Source of the DNA: an uncultured Thermoplasmata archaeon
GTDB lineage: Archaea > Thermoplasmatota > Thermoplasmata > Lutacidiplasmatales > UBA184
Direction of reading: 5' to 3'
DNA: 64,000 bases
Assembly: GCA_963735185.1 (NCBI GenBank)
Contig: CAVTJV010000007.1
Location: 872,651-936,650 of the forward strand
Position numbers and translations under genes: made by a program. Shown here piece after piece: positions 28,898-39,778 of the stretch (positions within the stretch are counted from its first letter, which is position 1; each line of letters opens with the position of its first letter). Under the pieces are notes generated by a model. That model was not told the DNA's origin. It saw only the letters and a program-made list of their open reading frames with translations, and ran no database searches.

Positions 28898-30436
28898 AGT
28901 ACATCGAGATCCCGTAGCGCTCGGCGGCCGCGATGACCTCGGGGTCCCGAAGGCTCCCGCCCGGCTGGACGATGGCCGCGACACCGGCGCGTCCCGCGAC
29001 CTCGACCCCGTCCGGGAACGGGAAGAACGCGTCCGATGCGAGGACCGAGCCTTTCGCCCGGTCGCCGGCGACCTCGCACGCGAGCTCGGCCGCCTTGACG
29101 CGCGTCGGTTGACCCGAGCCGACCCCGACGGTCGACGCCCCCTGGACCAGGACGATCGCGTTCGATTTCGCGTGCCGAACGACGCGCCAGGCGAAGTCGA
29201 ACGCCTGTAGCTGTTCGGGGGAGGCCTCGGGCCCGGTGACGTGTTTCAGGTCGGTGGGGAGCAGCTGCCGCACGTCCACTTCCTGGAGCAGGAGGCGGCC
29301 GAGGGAGCTCTTCGCCTCCCAGCGACCGGCTTCGAGGGTCGGCGGGTCGGTCTGGACCAGCTTGACCTTCGCCCTCCGTCCGAGCGCTTCGAGCGCGGTC
29401 GGGTGGAACGCCGGGGCCGCGAGCAGGTCGACGAAGACGCCTTTGAGCGTCGCCGGGTCGTCAGGACCGAGCGGCCGGTTGACCGCGACCGCGCATCCGT
29501 ACCGCGCGACCGGGTCGGTCGCGACCGCCTTCTGGAGCGCTTCCGCGAGCGTGGCTCCCGAAGCGACGCCGCACGGGGTGGCGTGCTTCACGACCGCGGC
29601 GGACGGGGCCGTGAACTCGCCGACCGTCGAGAGGGCGGTCTCGATGTCGAGCAGGTTGGTGAACGAGAGCCCCTCCCCTTTCAGCACGGTGAACGGCCTC
29701 GGAGAGAGGCCGGCTCGGGCGGAGCCGCGGCGCCGTAGACGGCGGCCTTCTGATGCGGGTTCTCGCCGTACCGAAGACGGACCGGCACCCGACGGAAGAC
29801 CACCTCCTCGGGGAACGTCTCCGCGCTCGCGCCCGCGCGGCCGAGGCCCCGGGCGATCGCCGCGTCGTACGCCGTGCATCGTTCGAACGCCCGGACGGCG
29901 AGCTCCCGCCGGGTCGTCGCGCCGACCGTGCCCCCATGGGAACGGAGCTCGGCGAGCAACGGACCGTACTCCGAGGGGTCAGAGACGACCGTGACCCACG
30001 CGTGGTTCTTCGCGGCGGCCCGCGCGAGCGTCACCCCACCGATGTCGACGAACTCCTCGAGGTCGTCGGCGCCCGGGTGCTCGGCGAGGTGCCGCTCGAA
30101 CGGGTAGAAGTTGACCGTCACAAGGTCGAACGGGAGGAGGCCCCGCTCGGCGAGCTCCTTGCGACCCGCCTCGGTCCGAGGTGCGAGGATCCCCCCGAGA
30201 ATGCCCGGGTGCAGGGTCTTGACCCGTCCTCCGAACCACGCGGCGATCCCGGTGAGCTCCTCCGCCGGCCGCACGGGGACCTGCTCCTCGGTGAGCGACC
30301 GACGGGTCCCCCCCGTCGCCCACAGCTCGACCCCGAGCTCGGCGAGGCCACGCGCGAACATCGTGAGGCCCGACTTGTCATCGACCGAAAGGAGCGCCCG
30401 CTCGATCCGGGTCCGAGACGACTGTTCGGCCGCCAC
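28869..30436 (-). CDS. purH: Bifunctional AICAR transformylase/IMP cyclohydrolase (frameshifted near 29717)
   Basis: RALLSVDDK, GRVKTLHP, IDIGG-like VDIGGVTL, LRYGENPHQ in one frame; SFTNLLD, KHATPCG, KSNAIV, ASDAFFPFPD, RVFRH in the next frame. Confidence 0.93.
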
Positions 30437-30605
30437 CCGCCGTACCCGGAACGGGGAGGGAGGCTAAGAGATAAGATTCGCGTCGGCGGGCCTTCCGTGC
30501 GGGTCCGACCCCAGAGTCGACGAAGACCGGCCCATCGCAAGTATTAATACGCCTCCGCCAGCTAAAATCATCTGTTCTAGGCGAGGACGAGTGCCCGCGA
30601 TTCCT

Positions 30606-31556
30606 ATGCCGCACGCTCATCGATCGGCCGGGGCGCACGCCACCCGACCACCCCGACGGACCGCCCGGGCGGGTCGAAGGGCGTGGCGTATTCGGTCCCG
30701 CCGAGCCCAGGTGTCGGCGGTGGCCGTGATCCTCGGTCTTCTCCTCGTGGTGACGTTCATCGCAAACTACCTCACGACAGAGTTGCCGAACACGATGGCG
30801 CAGAACGACCTACAGCACGAGGTCACGGTCCAGAACCAGGTCGCTCAGCTGAGCGCGCTCGTCGAGCGCGTCGCCGAAGCCCGAGCGGTCGGCGCCCAAG
30901 TTTCCCAACCCGTGACCCTCGGGTCCCCTTCGTCTCCGCCGTTCGCCGGCCAGGATGCCGCTACGATTTCGGGAGGGAACGTGTCGGCGAACATGGGCGT
31001 CACCTTCACGCTGACCGGGCCGACGACGTTCCGGGTCCCGACCGGAAGCGCGTCCGTCCTGGTGCAGCTGCACAACACCTACGCTCCCTCCGGGGAGGTC
31101 TCCCTCGACCAAGGGGCGGTGGTGTACGCGCAGCCGGGGGCCAGTCCGATCTTCGTCGTGGTCCCGCGGATCTCGCTGGTGAACGGAACGCTCTCGATGC
31201 TGGTGCCTCAGTTCGTGGGAAGCGTCGGATTCGAAGCGGGGGTCGGGACCGCGGACGTCAGCCTGCGGCTCCTTTCCGCGCAGGTGGTCAAGATCCCATC
31301 GAACGGCGCCTCTCTCAGCGGTGCGACGCCGGTCACCATCACGATCAAGACCCCGTACGCCGCGGCCTGGTACGCGTACTTCCTCGGCTATGCGGGGCTC
31401 TCGACCGACGTTACGTGCACGGGACCCAGCAACGTGTGCAGCCCGACCTATCTTTACCAGCCGGGCGGCCCTCTCGGCACGGTGACGCTAAGCGTTCCGA
31501 CCGCGGGACTCAGCCTCGCCATGCTCGTCGCCCTCTACTCGGTCACGATCGAATAG
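30606..31556 (+). CDS. Archaeal type IV pilin-like surface protein (class III signal peptide)
   Basis: Basic leader ending RRA/QVSAVAVILGLLLVVTFIA, then a Ser/Thr/Gly/Val-rich beta domain. Confidence 0.7.
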   Translation: MPHAHRSAGAHATRPPRRTARAGRRAWRIRSRRAQVSAVAVILGLLLVVTFIANYLTTELPNTMAQNDLQHEVTVQNQVAQLSALVERVAEARAVGAQVSQPVTLGSPSSPPFAGQDAATISGGNVSANMGVTFTLTGPTTFRVPTGSASVLVQLHNTYAPSGEVSLDQGAVVYAQPGASPIFVVVPRISLVNGTLSMLVPQFVGSVGFEAGVGTADVSLRLLSAQVVKIPSNGASLSGATPVTITIKTPYAAAWYAYFLGYAGLSTDVTCTGPSNVCSPTYLYQPGGPLGTVTLSVPTAGLSLAMLVALYSVTIE

Positions 31557-31605
31557 ATCGTGGGTACTCCGACCCGATGCGGACGGGACCGCTGCCGCCC
31601 GGTGG

Positions 31606-31964
31606 CTAGGTTCGTCCGGGAGTTCGGGGCTCGCGGAGCCATGCCTTCGCGCCCAACAACGTTCCCCAGGTCCGCCGCGGGACGAGGCCGACCTCGTTCG
31701 GTCCGGCGGGCGCCGCGCTCCAGACCGCCCGGGCGCGCAGAGCGGCGAGGTGGTCGACCTCGACCACCGCGCGTCGCCCCTCCGCCCGGATGACCCGCAA
31801 CCGTCGCACGGGGACTCCCGCCGAAGCGAGCCGCTCCGCGAGAAGGCTCTCCCACGCGCGGGGGGAGAGGGAAGGAAGGTGTTCCCCCGCCACCTCGATG
31901 CCGAGGTAGCGGGGCCGGAGCCGGGGGGCTTACCGGACGAGGTCGATGACTTCCTCGGACTCAC
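31606..31964 (-). CDS. RNase P protein Pop5/Rpp14-like (probable frameshift at G6 run 31923-31928)
   Basis: RLRPRYLGIEV directly after the ftsZ stop, AVVEVDH, C-terminal TWGTL. Adding one base links it to GTG 31964. Confidence 0.55.
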
Positions 31965-33063
31965 CGGCCGCGTAGCCTCCCTTCTGACCGAGGAGGCTCT
32001 GGGCGCGCACGCCGGTGATGATGAGGAGCACCTTGATGGTGTTCTCCATCTCGGGGGAGTTCTCGACCGAGCAGCCCCAGATGATTCGAGCGCGCTTCGA
32101 GATCTTCCCGCCGACCAGCGCCGCGGCCTTCTCGGCCTCGCTGACCGTCATGGTCGGACCGCCGATCACGCGCACGAGGGCGCCGGTCGCGTCCTTGAGC
32201 TCGACCGAGCCGAGCAGGGGGGAGGTGAGCGCCTCGGTGACCGCTTCGGTGACCCGGTCGGTCGCGCTCTCGCTCTCGCCGAGCCCGATGAGCGCGACGC
32301 CGCCGTCCTTCATGACCGTCAGGATGTCGGCGTAGTCGAGGTTCACGAGGCCGGGCTTCGTCACGATCTCCGTGATGCCCTTGATCGCGGTCATCAGGAC
32401 CGCGTCCGCGAGCTTGAACGCGGAGTCGAGGGGCATCCGGGGGACGAGCTCGAGGAGCTTGTCGTTCTGGATGACGATGGTGGTGTCGCAGACGCGGCGC
32501 AGGCGCTCGAGCCCGTCGCGAGCCTGCTCCATGCGCGCGGCTCCCTCGCCGGCGAACGGGAGGGTGATGACGCCCATCGTGAGCGCGCCCGCTTCCTTCG
32601 CGAGCCGAGCGACCAGGTGCGCGGAACCGGTCCCGGTCCCGCCGCCCATGCCCGCGGTGATGAAGACGATGTGCGCGCCGGTCACGAACTGGCGCAGCTC
32701 CTCCTCGTTCTCGCGGGCCGCCTCTTCGCCGACCTCGGGGCGGGCACCGGCGCCGAGACCCTTCGTGGTCCGGCGACCGATGAGGATCTTGCGGCCGGAG
32801 TGGATGCTCAACAGGTGTTTCGCATCCGTGTTGATGGCGCACATCTCGGCGCCCTGGATGCCTTCCTCGACGCAGCGGTTGATCGTGTTCGAGCCGCCAC
32901 CGCCGCATCCGACGATGCGGATGTTGACCTTGAGGGTCTCCGCCAGCTTCGTCAGCTCAGCGTCGTCCTGGCTGGCATAGGCTGGCGCGGTCGGCTTCTT
33001 CTCTTCGACCAGGGCCTGGTTTTCCTGGTGCTTCGCGATCGCTTCCTGAATGATGGACTTCAT
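31930..33063 (-). CDS. ftsZ: Cell division protein FtsZ
   Basis: GCGGGGSN, INTDAKHL, GLGAGARP, signature GMGGGTGTG, NLDYAD. Confidence 0.97.
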   Translation of the reverse strand: MKSIIQEAIAKHQENQALVEEKKPTAPAYASQDDAELTKLAETLKVNIRIVGCGGGGSNTINRCVEEGIQGAEMCAINTDAKHLLSIHSGRKILIGRRTTKGLGAGARPEVGEEAARENEEELRQFVTGAHIVFITAGMGGGTGTGSAHLVARLAKEAGALTMGVITLPFAGEGAARMEQARDGLERLRRVCDTTIVIQNDKLLELVPRMPLDSAFKLADAVLMTAIKGITEIVTKPGLVNLDYADILTVMKDGGVALIGLGESESATDRVTEAVTEALTSPLLGSVELKDATGALVRVIGGPTMTVSEAEKAAALVGGKISKRARIIWGCSVENSPEMENTIKVLLIITGVRAQSLLGQKGGYAAGESEEVIDLVR

Positions 33064-33353
33064 CGTTCTATCTCCGCCACGTTTGTCGGACGAGCGTCAT
33101 ACGCTCTGGACAAGCAGTTTGGAGAATGATAGATAAACGTTTGCGTAGAGCGGAAGCTCTCGGTGAATTCTCCCCGGTGATAACCGCGCGACGACGCGCG
33201 CTCCACGAGCCGGACGCGGATCGACCGTCGTTGCGCTGCGGAGCCGACGGCCCGCGAGAGCGGCCCGCTCGACGGGGAATCCCGTGGCAAGCCTCGCGCG
33301 TCGGAATACGTTCACCGCCTCCTTATCCGAGAAACACGGTTGTCCGGAACAGC

Positions 33354-34169
33354 GTGACCGCGTCGGTCGGTTTCCCCCCGGCGTCGACGAGCTCGTCCGA
33401 CGAAGCGCGTCCGCCCGAATCGAAAGTCACGGGCCCGTCGCCGGCGGTCTCGGTCCATCACCTCGGGAAGAAGTTCGGGGAGGTGACGGCGCTCGCGGAC
33501 GTCACGCTGGAGGTCTTCCCGGGCACGGTCCTCGGTCTCTTGGGACCCAACGGCGCCGGCAAGACGACGCTGATCCGGATCCTGCTCGGCCTCACGCGGC
33601 CCACGACGGGCGACGCCTCGATCTTCGGCCAGCCCGTGGACCAACGGAGCGCCCGAGCGCGGGTCGGCTACATGCCCCAGGACCTCGCAGTCTACACTGA
33701 CCTCACGGTCGAGGAGAACCTCGCCCTCTTCGGTCGCCTGTACGGCCTGGGCGGAGAGCGCCTCCAAGCCCGGTCCCGGGAGGTCCTCGCCCTCGCTCGC
33801 CTAACGGAACGTCGCCGAAGCCTCGTCGCCGAGCTCTCGGGAGGGATGCGCCGCCGGGTCTCGTTCGCGGCCGCGCTGCTCCCCGACCCGGACCTTCTCT
33901 TGCTCGACGAGCCCACGGTCGGGGTCGACCCCGAGCTGCGGTCGGAGTTCTGGGAGTACTTCCGCCGTCTGACGGAGAGCGGGAAGACGATCGTCCTGAC
34001 CACCCACTACCTTGAGGAGGCGAACCGAGCGGACCGAGTGGTCTTCCTGCATGCCGGGATGATCCTGGCGACGGGCTCGCCCACGGAGGTGAAGGCCCGC
34101 ACCGGTGCCTCGACCCTCGAGGAGACGTTCCTCCGCCTGGTGCGCGCCCGGACGGGAGGGTCGGGGTAG
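33354..34169 (+). CDS. ABC-2 type exporter ATP-binding protein
   Basis: GPNGAGKTT, LSGGM, LLDEPTVGVD, TTH. Start estimated at GTG 33354. Confidence 0.93.
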   Translation: MTASVGFPPASTSSSDEARPPESKVTGPSPAVSVHHLGKKFGEVTALADVTLEVFPGTVLGLLGPNGAGKTTLIRILLGLTRPTTGDASIFGQPVDQRSARARVGYMPQDLAVYTDLTVEENLALFGRLYGLGGERLQARSREVLALARLTERRRSLVAELSGGMRRRVSFAAALLPDPDLLLLDEPTVGVDPELRSEFWEYFRRLTESGKTIVLTTHYLEEANRADRVVFLHAGMILATGSPTEVKARTGASTLEETFLRLVRARTGGSG

Positions 34170-35258
34170 ATGGCCCTCGGCCGCACTCTCGCGGTCGCGC
34201 GGAAATCGCTCGGACAGCTCGCGCACGACCGGCGCACGGTCGTGTTCGTGCTGGTCGTCCCGCTCGTGCTGATGCTCGTCTTCGGCTACGGGTTCGGAGG
34301 ACAACCGACCCACATTGCGACCGTCGTCGTCAACCAGGACCGGGGCCCCGCCGGGGCGGCGCTCCTGGCCGCGCTTCCGGGCGGCGTGCTCGACCTTACG
34401 TCGTCCGGGAGCAACACGAGCGCCTGGTCGACCGTGAACTCGGGGAGCGCGTGGGCCGCGATCGTCATCGGACCGAACTTCACGGCGATGGCGAGGACGG
34501 GCACCGCGTCGGTCACCCTCTACCTAGACGGGACCTCCCCGACGATCGCCGCCGCGGTCGTGAGCGCGGTCGAGACGGCCCTCGAGCGGGCGTTTTCGGG
34601 GAACGGTTCCGCGACCCCCGTCCGGCTCTCCTCGGAGTACGTCTACGGGTCGTCGAGCACGCCGTTCATCGACACGATCGCCCCGGGGATCATGGCGCTC
34701 GCCATCCTGTTCATCACGACCGTGCTCTCGATCATCGTGCTCGTGCGGGAACGCTCGGCCGGTCTTCTCGAGCGTCTGTTCGCCTCGCCGCTCCGCCCGG
34801 CGGAGTTCGTGGCGGGGCATGCGGTGGGCCTGACCGTCGTGGTCCTCGGCCAGGTCGCGGTCCTGTTTGTCTCGGCGCTCGTGATCTTCCACGCGACGTT
34901 CGCCGGCAACCTCCTGTTCGCGTACGGCGTCCTTCTCCTGTTCGGTGTGGGGAACCTCGGCCTCGGTATGCTCCTCTCCGCCGCCGCCCGCAGCGAGTTC
35001 CAGGCGATCCAGTTCATTCCGCTCCTCCTGATCCCGCAGATCCTCTTCGCTGGCGCCCTCTTCCCGATCGAGGCGATCCCGGTCTCGTTCCGCCCGATTT
35101 CGGACATCCTGCCCTTGACGTACGCCGCGCGGGCGCTCCAGGACATCCTGCTCCGGGGATGGGGCGTGGCCGGCGTGGCGGTCGACCTCCTCGCGCTCGG
35201 GATCTACGCGGCGCTCATGCTGGGCGGAGCCATGGTCCTCGTCCGGCGCCAAGCGTAG
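34170..35258 (+). CDS. ABC-2 type exporter permease
   Basis: One N-terminal TM, extracytoplasmic loop, five further TMs; RERSAGLLERLFASPL. Confidence 0.92.
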   Translation: MALGRTLAVARKSLGQLAHDRRTVVFVLVVPLVLMLVFGYGFGGQPTHIATVVVNQDRGPAGAALLAALPGGVLDLTSSGSNTSAWSTVNSGSAWAAIVIGPNFTAMARTGTASVTLYLDGTSPTIAAAVVSAVETALERAFSGNGSATPVRLSSEYVYGSSSTPFIDTIAPGIMALAILFITTVLSIIVLVRERSAGLLERLFASPLRPAEFVAGHAVGLTVVVLGQVAVLFVSALVIFHATFAGNLLFAYGVLLLFGVGNLGLGMLLSAAARSEFQAIQFIPLLLIPQILFAGALFPIEAIPVSFRPISDILPLTYAARALQDILLRGWGVAGVAVDLLALGIYAALMLGGAMVLVRRQA

Positions 35259-35315
35259 GGGGCTCGGCGTCGCCGCCGAGAGCGTTATCCGAACCGACCG
35301 GGTCCGGCGTTCCGG

Positions 35316-36119
35316 ATGGGTCGCGAACGAAAGCAAAAGCCCCGGCGAAGCCGGGCGACGGGTTCAACCGGGTACGTCCGTCACAACCGCGCCGTTTGGG
35401 ACCGGGAGAGCGTGGGGTACGACCGTCGGTTCGCGCGTGTCCTGGGCGGGGCGTCCGCCACCGCATGGGGGTTGTTCCGGGTACCGGAGAGCGAGCTCGT
35501 CCTCCTTGGGAACACGCGGAGGAAGTCGATCCTCGAGCTCGGTTGCGGTGCGGCCCGCTGGTCGATCGCGCTCGCCCGCGCAGGGGCCCGGCCGACGGGT
35601 CTCGACCTCTCGTCGGTCCAGCTCGCGAAGGCCCGAGAGCTCCAGCGGGAGTCCAAGGTCCGCTTCCCCCTCGTGCGCGCCAGCGCGGAACACCTCCCTT
35701 TCCGGGACGGCGCGTTCGACCTCGTCTTCTGCGATTGGGGAGCGATGACGTTCGCGGACCCGATGCGGACCGTGCCCGAGTGCGCCCGAGTGCTCCGACG
35801 CGGCGGAGGGTTCGTGTTCGCGGCCGCGAGCCCGATCCGCTACGTAACGCTCGACCTGCCGAAGGACCGGCAATCCCGTCGCCTGATCCGGCCGTACTTC
35901 GGGAACCGCCGCTTTGACGTGGGGAGGCCCGCAGCGGTCGAGTTCACGCTGCCGTACGGAGGGTGGATCGGCCTGTTCCGGAGGAACGGCCTCACCGTGG
36001 AGCGGCTGGAGGAGACGCGTCCGGCCCGCGGCCGGCGGTCGAGGTATCTCTCCCGTGCCGATGCGAATTGGGGCCGGTCTTGGCCGCTTGAGACGATCTG
36101 GAAGCTGCGCAAGGAGTGA
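35316..36119 (+). CDS. Class I SAM-dependent methyltransferase
   Basis: ILELGCGAA, GLDLS, AEHLPFRDGAFDLV, RVLRRGG. Confidence 0.9.
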   Translation: MGRERKQKPRRSRATGSTGYVRHNRAVWDRESVGYDRRFARVLGGASATAWGLFRVPESELVLLGNTRRKSILELGCGAARWSIALARAGARPTGLDLSSVQLAKARELQRESKVRFPLVRASAEHLPFRDGAFDLVFCDWGAMTFADPMRTVPECARVLRRGGGFVFAAASPIRYVTLDLPKDRQSRRLIRPYFGNRRFDVGRPAAVEFTLPYGGWIGLFRRNGLTVERLEETRPARGRRSRYLSRADANWGRSWPLETIWKLRKE

Positions 36120-36230
36120 GCTACCCCGGGCTCGACGCGGACGCGCGACCGCTTCGATTCGTCGTTTCCCGCGACGGGGAGGAGCGACGGGAGCGCGCGA
36201 GTTTATGACCGCGCACTCTCTCGCACGTTC

Positions 36231-39200
36231 GTGGAGTCGTATTTTCGTTCGGTCGAGACCGAGGTCGACCGCGCCTACGCGGTCGCGGAGCAGGCCCGAC
36301 ACTCCGGTTACGACCCCGAGGTAGTTCCTGAGATCCCGCGTGCCCAGGACATGGCGATGCGCGTCGAGAAGCTCCTCTCCCACCTCGGGATTGAAGGGAT
36401 CTCGACCGAGATCCGTGCGCTCTCCGCCACGATGCCGCGCGAGGAGGTCGCGCTCACTATCGCCCGCCGGATCGCACGCGACCCGGCCCGGGGCGACTCG
36501 GTAGCGGTGCGCGTAGACGCGGCGCTCCGGGTCGGCCTCGCGATCCTGACGGAGGGGATCCTCGTCGCTCCGCTCGAGGGGCTGGCCGAGGTCCATGTGC
36601 ATGAGGACCGGGAGCATGGTCCGTACATCGAGCTCTACTACGCCGGCCCGATCCGGGCCGCGGGCGGCACCGCCCAGGCGTTGAGCGTGCTGCTCGCCGA
36701 CGTCGTCCGCCGGGACCTCGGTCTGGCCGCGTTCCATCCGGACCCGGGGGAAGTCGGACGGTACAAGGAGGAGATTCCGCTCTACAAGTACCATCAGCAT
36801 CTGCAGTACGTTCCCACCCCCGAGGAGATCGACCTCGTCGTCCGGCACGTCCCCGTGGCGATCTCGGGGGAGGCGACCGAGGGGGACGCCGAGGTCAGTG
36901 CGTTCCGGAACCTGCCCCGCGTCCCCACGAACGGGATCCGCGGGGGGGCATGCCTCGTCATCGCCGAAGGGCTCTGCCAGAAGGCGGCGAAGCTCCGGAA
37001 GATCGTCGAGAAGCTCGGGCTCGACGGCTGGGAGTTCCTCTCCGAGGTCGGTCACAACACCGCCGACGAGGAGGAGGCCCGGACGCCGAAGTACCTCCAG
37101 GACTCGGTCGGGGGCCGGCCGGTGCTCGCCCACCCGAACCACCCCGGGGGCTTTCGGCTCGTCTACGGCCGGGCCCGTACGACCGGGCTCGCGGCGTGCG
37201 CCATCAATCCGGCGACGATGGTGCTCCTCCAGAACTTCGTCGCGATCGGGACCCAGGTGAAGCTCGAGTACCCCGGGAAGGCGACGGCGATGGGGGTCTG
37301 CGACACGATCGAGGGCCCGATCGTCGAGCTGGATGACGGAACGGTAACGGCCGTCCACGACCTCGCCCGAGCGGAGGAGCTCCGTTCGCACGTGCGCAGG
37401 ATCATCGACCTCGGCGAGATCCTGGTCTCGTTCGGGGAGTTCCTCGAGAACAACCGGCCCCTGGTCCCCGCGGGATACTCCCTCGACTGGCACCTCGAGG
37501 AGCTCCGGGCGGTGGGAGCCACGGAAGCCGAGGGGATCGCCGTCACCACGTACGAGGACGCCGTACGAATCTCCCAGACGTACCGGGTCCCTCTCCACCC
37601 TCGCTGGCTCCTCTTCTGGCACGACCTCACCCCGGCCGAGGTGCGGGCGCTCGGGGAGTTCGTCGAGCGCAGCGGCCAATGGGTCGATGGGGCGCTCGTG
37701 CTCCCCGCAGACCCGCTGTGGCGGGAGGCCCTGGTGCGGCTCGGCTTCCTCTTCTCTCCGGTGGGCGGGGACGACCTTCGTGGAGAGGCCGACGCGTCGG
37801 CCGCGCTCGTCGGGGGCCTCGGTCTCGCGCCGGAGGGGGAGCTCCTGGTCCGTCGTACGCCGCTCGACCCGGTCGAGGAGGACACGCTCGCCTACGTGAG
37901 CCGTCTCGCCGGGGTCCCGGTCCGCGCCCGAGGACCGTCCCGGGTCGGCGGCCGCGTCGGCCGCCCGGAGAAGGCGTATCACCGGAGCATGCAACCGAAC
38001 GTCCACGGGCTCTTCCCCGTGGGGACGGCGGGGGGCGCGAAGCGTTCGCTCCCGGTCGCGGCCCGCCAGACGATGCGCGAGGGAGTGAAGGTCGACCTCG
38101 GGGTCCGGAGCTGCCCGGCGTGCGGTCGCTCGACCGTCTGGACCCGGTGCCCGTGCGGGACCCATACCGAGCCGACCGGGCGAACGATCTCCGAACCTCT
38201 GCCGATCGCTCGTCTCTGGAGCGATGCGCTCGAGCGACTTCACCTCGGCAAACCTCCGGAGGTGAAGGGGGTCAAGGGGCTGACGTCCCCGGGGAAGGTG
38301 CCGGAGGCGATCGAGAAGGGGATCCTCCGTGCCTCGCATGCGATTTCGGTCTACCAGGACGGCACCGCACGGTTCGACCTCACCGACCTGCCGCTCACGC
38401 ACTTCCGGCCCGCCGAGATCGGGACGGATATCGCGACCCTCCAACGACTCGGGTACACCCGAGACTGGTCCGGCGCTCCGCTGACCGACGACGAGCAGCT
38501 GGTCGAGCTCCTCCCCCAGGACCTCATCGTTTCCCGTTCGTGCGGGACGTATCTCACCCGTCTCGCCCAGTTCGTGGACGACGAGCTGGTCCGTCTCTAC
38601 GACGGCGAGCCGTTCTACCGGGCCGACCGTCCGGAGCAGCTCGTCGGCCAGGTCGTCGTGGCGCTCGCGCCCCACACCTCGGGAGGGGTCGCCGGCCGCC
38701 TCCTCGGCTTCACGAACGCGGAGGCGTGCTTTGCGCACCCGGTCTTCCACGCGGCCAAGCGCCGGAACTGCGACGGCGACGAGGACTCGGTAACGCTCCT
38801 CCTCGATGCGTTGCTCAACTTCTCGCGGTCGTACCTGCCCGATAGCCGGGGCGCGCTCATGGACAAGCCGCTCGTCCTGACCACCCGCCTCGAGACCACC
38901 GAGGTCGACAAGGAGGCGCACAACGTCGACGTGTCGAGCCATTACCCGCTCGCGCTCTACCGGGCGGCGGCCGAGCGGCGGGACCCGAAGGAGGTCGAGC
39001 AGCTGCTCGACCTCGTCGGTCATCGCCTCGGTTCTGCCCGCTCGCTCTCGGGGTACGGGTTCACGCACGACACGCATCGCATCGCGGGCGGACCCTCGCG
39101 CTCCGCCTACCGCGAGGGGCGGCCGATGGCGGAGCTCGTCGAGCGGTCGATCGTGCTCGCCTCCCAGATCCGGGCGGTCGACCTCGCCGAGGCGGTCACC

Positions 39201-39635
39201 CTCGTGCTGAACGCTCACTTCCTTCCCGACGTGATGGGGAACCTGCGGAGCTTCGGAACGCAGAAGTTCCGGTGTACGCAGTGCGCCATGTCCTACCGCC
39301 GGCCGCCCCTATCGGGCCGGTGCGTCGCGCCGCGCTCCGGGGGGCGGTGCGACGGAGAGCTCCTCTCGACCGTCTACGAGGCGTCGGTGCGCAAGTACCT
39401 CCCGCTCGCGCAGCGTCTCGGTTCGATGGAGGGGATCACTCCGTACGTCCGGCAGCGCATCCAGCTCATCGCCGACTCGGTCGCTACGCTCTTCCCCGGG
39501 GCGATCTCCCAGACGACGCTCGACCGGTTCCGACCCGAGACCGGCGCCCCGTCCACCGGCGAGGACCGCCCGTCGGTTCTCGGTCCGTCGGACCCATCGG
39601 CCACCGGCGACGGGGAGCTCGGAACGTCCAAATAG
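36231..39635 (+). CDS. polC: DNA polymerase D large subunit DP2
   Basis: YYAGPIRAAGGTAQA, GGFRLVYGRAR, GRVGRPEKA, DGTARFD, catalytic HAAKRRNCDGDEDS, zinc fingers; no intein evident. Confidence 0.97.
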   Translation: MESYFRSVETEVDRAYAVAEQARHSGYDPEVVPEIPRAQDMAMRVEKLLSHLGIEGISTEIRALSATMPREEVALTIARRIARDPARGDSVAVRVDAALRVGLAILTEGILVAPLEGLAEVHVHEDREHGPYIELYYAGPIRAAGGTAQALSVLLADVVRRDLGLAAFHPDPGEVGRYKEEIPLYKYHQHLQYVPTPEEIDLVVRHVPVAISGEATEGDAEVSAFRNLPRVPTNGIRGGACLVIAEGLCQKAAKLRKIVEKLGLDGWEFLSEVGHNTADEEEARTPKYLQDSVGGRPVLAHPNHPGGFRLVYGRARTTGLAACAINPATMVLLQNFVAIGTQVKLEYPGKATAMGVCDTIEGPIVELDDGTVTAVHDLARAEELRSHVRRIIDLGEILVSFGEFLENNRPLVPAGYSLDWHLEELRAVGATEAEGIAVTTYEDAVRISQTYRVPLHPRWLLFWHDLTPAEVRALGEFVERSGQWVDGALVLPADPLWREALVRLGFLFSPVGGDDLRGEADASAALVGGLGLAPEGELLVRRTPLDPVEEDTLAYVSRLAGVPVRARGPSRVGGRVGRPEKAYHRSMQPNVHGLFPVGTAGGAKRSLPVAARQTMREGVKVDLGVRSCPACGRSTVWTRCPCGTHTEPTGRTISEPLPIARLWSDALERLHLGKPPEVKGVKGLTSPGKVPEAIEKGILRASHAISVYQDGTARFDLTDLPLTHFRPAEIGTDIATLQRLGYTRDWSGAPLTDDEQLVELLPQDLIVSRSCGTYLTRLAQFVDDELVRLYDGEPFYRADRPEQLVGQVVVALAPHTSGGVAGRLLGFTNAEACFAHPVFHAAKRRNCDGDEDSVTLLLDALLNFSRSYLPDSRGALMDKPLVLTTRLETTEVDKEAHNVDVSSHYPLALYRAAAERRDPKEVEQLLDLVGHRLGSARSLSGYGFTHDTHRIAGGPSRSAYREGRPMAELVERSIVLASQIRAVDLAEAVTLVLNAHFLPDVMGNLRSFGTQKFRCTQCAMSYRRPPLSGRCVAPRSGGRCDGELLSTVYEASVRKYLPLAQRLGSMEGITPYVRQRIQLIADSVATLFPGAISQTTLDRFRPETGAPSTGEDRPSVLGPSDPSATGDGELGTSK

Positions 39636-39658
39636 CCGGCGTCCCGTGGAAGGACGGC

Positions 39659-39759
39659 GGGCTTGTGGGGTAGCCTGGACTATCCTGCTGGCCTTCGAAG
39701 CCAGCGACCTGGGTTCGAAATCGCGGAGCTCTACCGCGGCGAAACTCCCAGCAAGCCCG
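39659..39759 (+). tRNA. tRNA-Arg(UCG) with 26-nt intron at position 59/60 (39720-39745)
   Basis: Acceptor GGGCTTG/CAAGCCC, anticodon arm CTGGC-CTTCGAA-GCCAG, T arm CTGGG...CCCAG interrupted by a BHB-bounded insert. Confidence 0.92.
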
Positions 39760-39778
39760 TCTCCCGCCCCGGTGCGGG

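Noticed and set aside
35364..39218. 1284-aa minus-strand ORF and similar long antisense ORFs (11508..13673, 44046..46250, 48283..50061, 54018..55928)
   Set aside because: They overlap well-supported genes, lack motifs and are typical shadows or alternate frames of high-GC coding sequence.
36231..39635. Intein in DP2, RadA or NrdJ
   Set aside because: Lengths are normal and no intein splice or LAGLIDADG motifs were seen.
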